A stretch of 64,000 bases of DNA from contig CM052816.1 in assembly GCA_028534125.1 (NCBI GenBank), forward strand, positions 20,090,001 through 20,154,000, written 5' to 3'. Under the pieces are notes generated by a model that was not told where the DNA came from, ran no database searches, and was given only the letters and a program-made list of their open reading frames with translations. This document shows, in pieces, positions 53,447 to 64,000 of the stretch. Position numbers and translations under genes: made by a program. Origin of the DNA: Lama glama (taxonomy: Eukaryota). Numbering within the stretch: position 1 is the first letter of the stretch; the number at the start of each line of letters is the position of its first letter.

Positions 53447-53577
53447 ATATATATATATGTATTTTTGGTGGGGGGAGGTAATTAGGTTTATTTATTTATT
53501 TATTCTTAGAGGAGGCACTGGGGATTGAACCCAGGACTTTGTGCATGCTAAGCACCACTGAGCTGTACCTTCCCCTT
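53447..53577 (-). mobile_element. tRNA-derived SINE (camelid Vic-1-like) with a small internal deletion
   Basis: ggggattgaacccaggac...ccactgagctgtaccttcccc; 14-bp TSD TACTCCATAAATAT at 53433-53446 and 53578-53591. Confidence 0.9.
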
Positions 53578-54060
53578 TACTCCATAAATATTTGTTGCAT
53601 GAATGAAGTCACAGCTGTATGGAAAATAGGTTGCCATGAAAAGCTCTGATTTCTGTTCAGTGTATTTAATGTCCTAGCAGTTGATGTTTTGTAAGAAGAT
53701 ATGTTTTATTGGCAAGAGTCCTGCAATTCAGTAAAGTAGCTGGCTTATGGTAATGTGTCTTTGACAATTAATTCATTCAGCAAACATTGACTGACTCCTG
53801 CCATATTCTGGGCCTGTGCTCAGTCTTGGGGATGCCTAGTAGAAGAGCTCCGAAGTCAGGCTGATCTGCTGTCAATAAAAACTTATTGGGTGTTTAAAAC
53901 TCTAGCTACGAAAAGAAGCGGGAGATAGCACAGGCTTTTCTATCCACACCCGGGGAAATAAGGTACCTGGAACTCAGTGCTGACGATATTTGTAGGTGGA
54001 AAACTAATATCTATAATTACCAGTGTGTTTACTTTGGTGGTTCTTTTATTGTAGCAGAAG

Positions 54061-54127
54061 ATGGCTGTGCCTCCCACATACGCTGATCTTGGCAAATCTG
54101 CCAGGGACGTCTTCACCAAGGGCTATG
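54061..54127 (+). CDS. VDAC1: VDAC1 exon 2, coding part ([23 protein letters not shown]); exon begins at 54055 or 54058
   Basis: Canonical VDAC1 N-terminal helix; Kozak context AAGATGG; donor GTGAGT at 54128; 67 nt. Confidence 0.99.
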
Positions 54128-54653
54128 GTGAGTGTTGCATGGAGCAGCCTTTCACCTCAGAGACGGAGTTGGCATGTTTGGGATTTCACCCATCACAGTT
54201 TGAGAGACCTGGGTCAGTCAGCTCTCAGAACTTTCATGTCAGGGAAAAAAGATAAGCCTTCTCTGCCTGGTAGAGCAGTTTTGGTTGTGCACCCAGAATG
54301 GATAGGTTTGCGAATTGCTGCAAACAAGTGGACATTCTTGTTTCCTGTCTCAGGCGGGGGCAGGTCTCTGGATGCTGCAGTGGAGTGCGATTTCTAAATT
54401 TAGCTCCTCCTTAGGCATGTGCCCACACTGTCATGCCTTTTTTTCTCTGACTCCACTTGGAGCGCAGGTGGGGCCTGTGCCTGTTCCGTCTGCCACTGTT
54501 CCATGGCAACCAGGCTCTGCACACACAGGCAGGCAGCAGTGGAGACAGGTGCCCTCCGCACTCATGGCATTTTTAAACAGACTAAGGGAGGCGGAGATGC
54601 TGCTCGCAAGTTAGCTATTTAACCTGTTAACTGTTACCATCTTCTCTCTTTAG

Positions 54654-54703
54654 GATTTGGCTTAATAAAGCTTGATTTGAAAACAAAATCTGAGAATGGA
54701 CTG
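54654..54703 (+). CDS. VDAC1: VDAC1 exon 3 (GFGLIKLDLKTKSENGL)
   Basis: Pyrimidine tract plus TAG acceptor, GTAAGT donor; 50 nt, phase-compatible with exon 2. Confidence 0.99.
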
Positions 54704-55408
54704 GTAAGTTGTCTGGCCCACATGGAACGTGAATACTTATTACAGATCAATGAATAACTGCCATCTGGGTAGCAGAGTCAAACAGAGGGGCTTTTCTGAT
54801 TGTGGCAGTTTGTGGCTCTCACATTCATTGCATCCTCTGTGGGATGGGTGGTCCAGGGGAACCATGCCAGTGGGTCCCCAATTCAGCAGCTCATAATACT
54901 CGTGAGAATATGGGACAGATCTTAGCTTTGTTTTTCTTTGTATTTCTTATTTCAAAATTGACCAGTGTGCCATACCATGTGATTATTTAAAAAAAACAAA
55001 ACAAACAAACAAACAAAAAAAACTTTAGTAGTTCCTGTTAGATTGTGCCTGTGGTAATTGTTGAAAGGAGGAAGTTTTGGCTTGAATTACTATAATGTTA
55101 GCTTTATCTTAAAGCTTTTTCTCTGTCCGAGGCTGGAGGTAGGACAGAAGGATGATTGCCTTCCTGTCCAGTCTAAAGAGTTACAGGGAGGAAGGAAGTT
55201 GTCTCCTAATAAGAATTCCCCGTAGGATTCCCTTAATTAGCAGACTCCATCTGTACTTGAAATATCTAGTTGAATTATAGAATGAGCTTTACCTCCACAC
55301 AGTCAGGGTCTCACCTCTTGCATAAAGGAAAGTAGAGTCTGCTCAGGGGTGGAGTGATGCAGAATGAAGTGCTGGCATGCAGGCTGTGACTCTCTTTCTT
55401 CTTTAAAG

Positions 55409-55561
55409 GAATTTACAAGCTCAGGTTCAGCCAACACGGAGACCACCAAAGTGACGGGCAGTCTGGAAACCAAGTACAGATGGACCGAATATGGTCTGAC
55501 GTTTACGGAGAAATGGAACACTGACAACACACTAGGCACGGAAATTACTGTGGAAGATCAG
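55409..55561 (+). CDS. VDAC1: VDAC1 exon 4 ([51 protein letters not shown])
   Basis: AAG acceptor, GTAATG donor; 153 nt; includes the E73 residue. Confidence 0.99.
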
Positions 55562-55656
55562 GTAATGGTTGCCTGTGAAGAGATGCAATTTTATTAATTG
55601 ACATTTGCTGACCTGCCTTGTGACTCAACCTATTGGCGAATTTCTTTACTGTTCAG

Positions 55657-55709
55657 CTTGCACGTGGACTGAAGCTGACCTTCGATTCATCCTTCTCACC
55701 AAACACTGG
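55657..55709 (+). CDS. VDAC1: VDAC1 exon 5 (LARGLKLTFDSSFSPNT/G)
   Basis: CAG acceptor, GTAAGA donor; 53 nt. Confidence 0.99.
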
Positions 55710-56859
55710 GTAAGAATTTCATCTGTGTTCTCCATGGGGACATTTAGAAGTGTTATTATAGAATAAGACTCCGTGCTGTCTGTTACCGTTCTCCTGGCCT
55801 CAGCTGTGGAGCCTGCAGGATTTCTGGTCCAGTAAAGCTCCATTCCACGTGAGTGAGGCATGTGACCACGGCTGTAGGGCAACGGGCGGCATTTGGAAGC
55901 GGAGGCTAAGGGTCACTGTTGCCAGCCCCGTATTTCAGGCTTGGAGGGTCCTTTCCCTAGCTTCCTACTTAGAGACACTGAGGGCATGTGGGCTTAACTG
56001 CAGGGTGGGTCCTGAGGCTGCACTTTCCTGCTCCAGCCTCCAGCCACAGATTAGACTGGCTGGTTATTGGCCACGTCAGGGTGCGTCAGGGTGCGTCAGG
56101 GTGCGTGTTGGTCTGCCTCAGCTCCAGGTGCTTTTCAGAGGGGCTGGAAGGAGTCATTCTCCTCTAGAGTGCACTCTTGGCTTTTTCCACTCAGAACAAT
56201 GGGTCTCATAAACCTGGGAAAGGTTGTTTTGCACGCTGATGAAGGACATGCATTGAGTTTCATTTCTTAGTTTTTCAGTTTTTAAAAGTTGTGGTAAAAT
56301 ACACAAAATTTACCATCTCAACCATCTTTAAGTGTATGGTTCAGCAGCATTTTAAAATTCATTTTTGCCATTGCATATTTTCCTCTCTCTCCTTCCATTT
56401 TCCTCTTCCACAGATGTTTATTAGAGGGAGGATCTACTGAGTTCGTACCCTGTGCAGGGTGACCACAAGGGACTGGGCACACGGGGCTCCTGCCTCTGGA
56501 GGTTATAGTCTTTTTATAACTTGGTTATGGTTGATCTGAAGACCACTGGCCAGGAGCTGAATTTTCCCTTGTTCTAATCACTGCTGTAGTTTCTCCCACT
56601 TCCTGCTTCTCCACTCCCCACCAGGCACCCTGCTGTGATGGGAGAGGTTATCCAGAAACCCTCTGATAGGATGAGGACTGGAAGGACTGCCCACATGCTT
56701 GAGTTTGCTGCCTAGGACTTTGCCTGCTGCCCTGAGGTGGCACACTTTGGAATTTGTAAAGGGGTTTCCCATTGCCTTTGGGAGGTTTGCAGGGAAGTTT
56801 CCAGGTCTTGGAGTAATATACATATGAAAAAAGTTTTTTTTTTAACTTTAATTAGCTTT

Positions 56860-57910
56860 TTATTTTGAGATAATTTTATACTTAACATATACAAAAATGT
56901 TGCACAAATAGTGTGTAGAATTCTTTTATATCCTTTACCCAGCTTCTCCTAATGTTAACATCTTTTATAGCTATTATATAATAATGAGAACCAGGAAATT
57001 TATGTTGATATCATATAGTTAACTCATCTGTTCTTCTCCTGATACTTTATTTCTGGACCATGATTAAGTTCAGGACACTACATTGTATTTAGTTGTCAAG
57101 TCTGCTTTGTCTCTTCTAATCTAGGGTATAGTCTTTCTGTATCTTTCATGACTTTGACACTTTTAAAGATGCTTGGGCAATTATTTTGTAGACTCCTTCA
57201 ATTTGGATTTGTCTGATGTTTCCCAGTGGTTATGCATTTTTGACAACCATAGACATGATGTGTTGTGTCCATCCCGGTGCCTGACATCATGAGGTATATG
57301 TCAATGTACCTCATTATTGGTGACATTACTTTGATTACTTAAAGTGATGTTTGCTAGGTTTCTCTATAAAGCGACTTTTTTTTCCCATTTGTAAGTAACA
57401 AGCATTTTTGGGAACATGCTTTAAGACCATACAAATATTCTTTCTTATACTTTGACTCACAAATATTAGCATCCATTGGTGATTTTTGCAAACAGTTGTG
57501 TTGTTGGTGAATGGTGATTTTTCCCATCATTCCTTCTACATTTATTAATTTGGATTTTACTGTTAAGGAAGATCTGAGTTCTTCCTTCTCCACTTTCTGT
57601 TTATTTGATCAGTTATTTTTATCGATATGGATTCTTGAACACTTATTTTATTCTATGGATTATAATCCATTACTGTAATTTATTTTGTTATTCATATTGT
57701 CCCAGATAAGGCTATTGGGAGTGCCTTCAAGTTGACATCCTGTGTGGTTTTGACAAGCCCCTGTCATTTTTTTTGAGCACTTCAGAAAGTGTACTTGTTC
57801 TTCCCCAGTCCTGCTATCAGCCATTTCTCCAAGGAGCCTTGGTTCCTTTTATTGAAGAATGGTGTTTAGAAAGCAAGACTATGGGCACAAGAAGTACTCA
57901 TGGCTACTGG
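56860..57910 (-). mobile_element. Old L1M (L1MB/MC-type) 3' region in VDAC1 intron 5
   Basis: Antisense L1 3' motifs shared with 26.0-27.3 kb (cagccatttctccaaggagccttggttcc). Confidence 0.7.
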
Positions 57911-59545
57911 GTGTTTGAGGAAAGTTTTGATAACTTGATGGAGATTGAAATTGAAAACTGCCTTTCCAAAGTGACAGAAGGGTACAGCTTGGGAAAATAT
58001 CCTGGCTTTCATAAGGAGCTAAGCATACATTGCTTTTGGATGAAGCTGCAGACAGACCTTGCCTGGGGACCAGCACCCACACTGACTACCTACCACAGAT
58101 AAAGCCAGCTTGTTAACCACAGATCAGAGTCATGCCTTTCTCAGGTGCTTGTCAAATTAGCTTCACTGTTTAAATAGCTTTAAAAAGATCCCAATAATAT
58201 CTGAAAGAGGAAAAGCTCCAAAGGTGTGGAATGCTGCCTTATGGCACAAGCCTGGAAATTGTGTCACTGCCCAAGCAGTGCCCATTCTCTGGGGCTCTCC
58301 TGACCAGAATCCAGTGAGGCAGTGTATGGGGGTGCTGTGTAACTGTACAGTGTGGCTGTTGCACACCACTGGTCAGAGGCCCTGTCACAGGTGTCACACT
58401 TTGTGTGGACAACCGCGTTTTACCCAGTGGTTATTAGATGCTTGATTTGTACATATATTGGTCTCCCCTGCTTTCTAAATGTCAGCCTCTGAGCAGCTGT
58501 CTTTTCATCAGTCACCTCACCCTGCTTGGTGCCAGTTAGGTACTTGGTTATAATTGAGGCTTCTTCTCCTAAAGAGCAGACAGAGCAAAACAGGTTTATT
58601 TTAAGTTTTTCTTATTGGGAGGTAATTTATTTGGTTGTCACTCCTTTTTTTCAAAGCTTGCAAAAATGCACAGAAGCAACTTGAATAAAAGGTGCAAGTT
58701 TCATGGTCACTGGGGAAGGGTGTTGACTTTATTTTCACCTATGACCTCTGAAATTCTTGTGTCTCATTGAAAACTTGGAGTGTTTAATCTTTAAATTTTT
58801 TATTATGGAAAATTTCAAACATGCAAAAGAATACAGAAAATTACATTATACTCTCATCATGTTCCAATCACCCAGCTTTAATAATTATCAACCCATGGCC
58901 AATCATGTTTTATTTATGCATCCATAGTCAGTCCCTCCCACGCTCAGAGTATTTTTAAGTAAATAACAGATATCACATAATTTTATCTGTAAATATTTTA
59001 ATATGTATCTTTAAATAAGATTCCTTTAAAAAAACATAAGCACAATATCATTACATTGTAAAAAATTAATCATAATTCCATAATATTGTCAAGTCTGGTC
59101 TCCAAATGTATGTGATTTCATGAAAGTTATTTACAAATCAAAAATTGTCCATGCAAAATTGTAAAAATTGTTTTTAGATTCTTCTTATCATTTTCCCCTT
59201 GCAATTTATTTGTTAAAACTAGATCATTTGTCCTGTAGGATTACTTATAGAGTAAATGTTGCTGTTTGCGTTCTGTGGTGGGTGTTTAACTTGTTCCCCT
59301 GCCCCCCGTATTTCCTGTAAATTGGTATGTCTAAAGGCTTCATCACATTTAGATTCCACTGAAGGGGTGGTGGTGTTGCTAAAATATGGTTTTATTGAGA
59401 TGCACATAGAAGGAAAGCCTGGTTTTCTCTTGGTATGTTAGTGCCATTCATGATCTGCTCATGAGGGGTTACAAATCAGTGATAATTCTACCTTTATCCT
59501 TCCTTCATTTTCTATCTGGAATATTTCAATAAAGAGAAACTTCTC

Positions 59546-59764
59546 CTGCAGATACTAACCGGTATATATAAAGTAGGTAAACAACAAGTTTATACTGTGT
59601 AGCACAGGGAACTATATTCAATATTGTGTGGTAACCTATAATGAAAAAGAATATGAAAACGAATTTCTGTATGTATATGGATGCCTGAAATATGCTGTAC
59701 ACCAGAAGTTGACCCAACATTGTAAACTGACTATAGTTCAATTAAAAGAATATTTATGAATAAA
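59546..59764 (+). mobile_element. 5'-truncated younger L1 3' end nested in an older L1M
   Basis: ctgtgtagcacagggaactatattcaat...acattgtaaactgactatagttcaattaaaa; TSD AATA(A/G)AGAGA(A/C)ACTTCTC at 59528-59545 and 59765-59782. Confidence 0.85.
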
Positions 59765-61179
59765 AATAGAGAGACACTTCTCATCAACTCTTTGGTTATC
59801 TTGAGATATAGTTAGTACAGGAAAGGTGGGATAAATGTTTGATTCCTTTTTTATTTACTGTTTTCAAAATAACAAATTGGTTCTCTAGTCTCTAAAGATG
59901 ACTAATGTGTGTGTGTTTTGAGTGTCATTATTATCGCATACATTTAAACATACTTGATATGTTTCAATCCATTGCTAATATTATTCTTAATGATGCTCAC
60001 ATTGTCCCATGTTTGAAGCCCTTGGGAGCCTCTTCTCCAACTTCAAAGTCTTTGAGAGTTTGATAGATGCTTCCAGCTCACCTTGCCCATTTCCTGCCCC
60101 AATTTGTAATCTCCTGTTTTCTGAGGCGTGCTGGTTCCTTTTAGGAGGGGGTGGTATTTAGGGCCCACAGTCTGGGTGCTGGGGATGAAGGTTTAATCTC
60201 AGTGTGAGTGAAGCTGGGGTGGACAGGGCTGTGTGGTCCTTGAGCCTTGAAGCAGATCTGGTTTCTCCTGTGGTCTCGGCTGAGAATGTAGCCTGCTGTG
60301 GGAGATGTCCACTTTGTAGCTGAATGGCAGAAACAATCAGGTGACATTAGTCTAGATTTTTTTTTGTTATATGTGATCTTGTCTCTGATGCTGACTTGTG
60401 CTAAGAGGCATGGTGATATATATTTGCTGGTAACACGACTTACCTGCCTTTCCTGAGAAATGCTGGGTCTTGAGTAATAGGCAGTGGAGGCACTGATCAG
60501 GCCATGTACGCAAATCTGGGATCAGTGGACTAGACCTGGGGTCTTGTCTGGTCCAACAGGGCTTCCTGGTCCCCTGTGACTGCAAGGCCCCAGATTCCAC
60601 ATCACTACCCAGTTCTTTGTAATATGTACTCACTGGGATCTCATGAATACTGAATTAGAAGCTGTCTAACTGTTGTAATTACTTAGAACGGATCTAGTAT
60701 TTGTTTCTTTATGTACTAAGTGAGCCATAAAGTAAGAAGACGACTGTGTCCTTAAAAGCTGCTGTTTAGATGGCTGCCTTTGTGACAGATGTATCTTTCC
60801 TGCAGACGTGGAAGACAGCAAAGATGCATCTGTTTCATAATTACATGGTGGCACTCTACCTAATGAATGCCTGTGTAGGCCACTACATTGAGCACAGGGG
60901 GAGGACAGTAAAAATTACTTAGCACTTATTTTTCTAGCTTTTCCTGCCTGTGTTCTTGCTTCATCATGGTGGCATTTCGAATTATTCTGGATTCCGGTTG
61001 AAGAGAGGTTGTGTTCTGCCCATTGTGGTACAGCAGCTATTTAAGAAAGATCTGGGGCCCTGACTGCCTCCCTGTCCACCTCTTCAAACTGGGATCATTT
61101 TTAAAAAATTTGCATTTCTTGGCATGGTTGTTGCAAAGTGAGGTCACTTCTGATTTTAATACAATTTCTTTTCCTGCAG

Positions 61180-61407
61180 GAAAAAAAATGCCAAAATCAA
61201 GACAGGGTACAAGCGGGAGCACATCAACCTGGGCTGCGACGTGGATTTCGACATCGCCGGGCCCTCCATCCGGGGTGCTTTGGTGCTGGGCTATGAGGGC
61301 TGGCTGGCTGGCTACCAGATGAACTTCGAGACCGCGAAGTCTCGAGTGACCCAGAGCAACTTTGCGGTTGGCTACAAGACTGATGAGTTCCAGCTTCACA
61401 CTAATGT
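61180..61407 (+). CDS. VDAC1: VDAC1 exon 6 ([76 protein letters not shown]); gene continues beyond the window
   Basis: ttttcctgcag acceptor, GTGAGT donor at 61408; 228 nt; in frame with exon 5. Confidence 0.99.
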
Positions 61408-63582
61408 GTGAGTGTGTGCAGTGGAGGGGATTGTTTTTCGTGATTTTTTTCTTGAGCTCAGTTTTTAATCACTGTGAAGTGAGTTTGTTGGAATCAGATG
61501 AGCCAAATGGCCTGCTAGTATTTTTCTTGCTTCTCACCTACCCTATTTCCTGAAGTGATGTAGGTTCTTTCTATTCTGTGAACAGTAAATGCTGTCACTG
61601 GTACACACAGAGACTGATTGGGTGTGGTAAGGGCATGATGTCAGTCCCCAGGATTGTCCCTTCCCTGTAGCTTTGTGGACATTGGAGGGCCTTTCAGTTT
61701 TAGTTAACACAGGGAGGGGGAAGGTGTAGCTCTGTCTTTCTCAGTGTATGGCCTGAGGACCAGCGTGCTGTGCTTAATGAAATATAGGCATGGGATACAA
61801 ATTAAATACTGAGTGTCTTCTCTGCACAGCAGAGCATTTAAAAGTTTATTAACTGGACAGTATCATGAAGGGAAGAGAAAATTACAGGGTGGGTTAGAGA
61901 GAGACCCTTGTACTCCAACTTGAGAGTTGAAGTAGAGTGCTGAGTTAGATTTAAGGGAAACAAAAATTTCATCCATGAACTCCCTGTAGACGTGAGGAGC
62001 TAAAGGGTGGCAGAAGCTGAGCACAACTTTGCTTCATATTTCTTTCTTTCCACTAGAGGTCACTAAAGAAGTGACTTTTTAAATTTAGAGACAAGAAACT
62101 GGTATTTGTGTCTAAACTAATAGAATTTCCATTAACAAAAACTTCTGAGGAATTTTTATAATTAATAAAAATTAACACAATTAACAAAATTTGGGTTTTT
62201 TAAAACTGAAAAGTCACAGGGAAACTAGAGCTGGACAGCCAGTGAGTTGGCACAGAGAAATTTGGTGTAGGACTGTTTTGTGTCCTGGTCATATGAGTCT
62301 GCGCATATGTTAAAATTCATAGAAATGTATACCAAAAAAGGTTAAAAAATAATGTAAATCCAAGAAAGGTAACATGCAACAAGTCAGAGGAAAAATATCA
62401 CAAGCATAGAAGTGTTTTTTAGTTGAGAGTTTTGGCTGACAGGGAAGGTGCTTCCTTGGCTTGGAATTAGGAACTGGTACCAGTTCTAGGAAGAATAATG
62501 GCCATGAGCTGTTTTCATTACCTGAGCTTCAAGATTTTTAATAAGTGAACATGGTTTATTTTTGGAACTGGCGTGGAAACAGCTGACACAGCTAATTTGG
62601 GTTGCCCTGCTCTTGCAGAGGCCCAGATGTGTAACAGATGTTCTTTGTGCTTCATATAGATGAATTTGAACAAGTTTGATAGAGCATAGAGTTTATGGTT
62701 TTGAGAGTTCAGTACAGGAAGGCAGTGTGGCTGGTTTTAGAATGTATTGAAAAATCTAACTTTTAAACACATTTAAGCCCAAGAAAGTTTCCCATTTGAG
62801 TTATACCACAGTCACTCAAAAAATCTACTATTTTGGACAAGCTGCTGTTTTGTAGCGTGTTCAAACTTTCTGAAGAAGTCAGGATTCCCTGTGAATCAGG
62901 TGGTGCCTGGACTCCCTTCTTTGGAAGGAAGCACCATGCCTGTCTGGCTGAATTTCAGGGGAAAGAAACTAAGAATTTAGAATGTATTTAATGAGCATCT
63001 ACTTTAGGGAGAATGTACTAGTGAAGAGCAGAGTCTGCAATGAAACAGCAGCAGTTTGTTCTTGGATGAGTGAGTTCTAAGCTCTTTGCTGGATTCCAAA
63101 GCACATGAGCTCTGCCCTAAAAGTTGCTAGTGCCGTTTCCACTGGAGAGATCCTAAATGATAAGGCAGAGCTTTGACCTTGTATTTTTATGTTAAAAATG
63201 TCAGGGAGGGGAAGAGGGTATTCCCAGAGGCTGGGGTCAGTATGCTGTGTTTTGAAGAGAGGAAGGAGTTTGGCTAGCTGTACTTCATTCCATTTTTGAA
63301 AGACATAAACATTCTGTAGCGTAGCAAGTTGCACCTTTTCAAATCTCACCAGGATGGTAGATATTGCAACATGGGCTAACAGTATGCCCAGATGGACGGG
63401 CCTGAGTTGTAGGTTAAGCTCTTTTGTAACTGCTGCTCCTCCTCCGAGGGGCTGGGTCAGTTCTGGCTGAGCAGCAGTGGCTCAGCTGCTGGTGTGAAAT
63501 GTTATAGAGTTTCTTGCCATTTCTGGCTGAGTTCCCTTTTACCATTTTTATGATAGAGCATTTATAAAACTAATAACCTTAG

Positions 63583-63704
63583 GGGGAGGGTATAGCTCAA
63601 GTGGTAGAGCACATGCTTGGCATGCATGAGGTCCTGGGTTCAATCCCCAGTACCTCCTCCAAGGATAAATAAATAAACCTAATTATTCCCCCCCCCCACA
63701 AAGG
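63583..63704 (+). mobile_element. tRNA-derived SINE (camelid Vic-1-like), young-looking copy
   Basis: ggggagggtatagctcaagtggtagag...gggttcaatccccagtacctcc; perfect 12-bp TSD TAATAACCTTAG at 63571-63582 and 63705-63716. Confidence 0.92.
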
Positions 63705-64000
63705 TAATAACCTTAGCAGCAGAGTAAAGAAATCACTCAGAATCCATAATCATGGTGCCCTAGTTAGTGCTTTTATTTTAAAGAACATTTTGGAAGCAAA
63801 CCTCCAGTTCCACGCAGCCTGAGCGGTTGGCTGAGCTGCCTGTGGATGCTCCCAGTGATGGCTCAGGTAGACTTCCCTTCCTCTGAACCTTCTGGACTCT
63901 GGTGTCTGAGCTGTTTCTATGATAATTTGGTGTCTGTTTTGTGATCAGTTTAGTCCATTTACAGCACCCATGTCCTTAGACTTGGGCGGCTCTGCCCAGC

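Noticed and set aside
61408..64000. Further VDAC1 exons (7-9)
   Set aside because: No sequence encoding NDGTEFGGSIYQKV or later residues was found; these exons must lie beyond the window.

Overview
Mammalian genomic DNA, most likely a camelid judging by its tRNA-derived SINEs. The window holds the 5' two-thirds of VDAC1 on the + strand: a CpG-island promoter (~41.9-43.8 kb), non-coding exon 1 (donor after 43050) and coding exons 2-6 (54061-61407, codons 1-184, frame intact, all introns GT-AG). The remaining exons lie beyond the window. The ~42 kb upstream is non-coding and rich in L1, L2, MIR, MLT and MER repeats. It contains a full-length but disabled MPC2 processed pseudogene (31292-32018, - strand, with poly(A) and 15-bp TSD), an orphan CpG island (~4.8-5.8 kb), an enhancer-like block (~14.8-15.3 kb) and a divergent pair of CTCF motifs (~24.6 kb). 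VDAC1 intron 1 carries a young-looking antisense solo LTR with a 4-bp TSD. The exon 2 acceptor is a tandem TAG/CAG/AAG that overlaps the disabled counterpart of the mouse plasma-membrane VDAC1 leader. I found no convincing novel multi-gene system, and almost all entries in the ORF track look spurious. Repeat family names come from recall of consensus sequences, and their boundaries are approximate unless TSDs are given.
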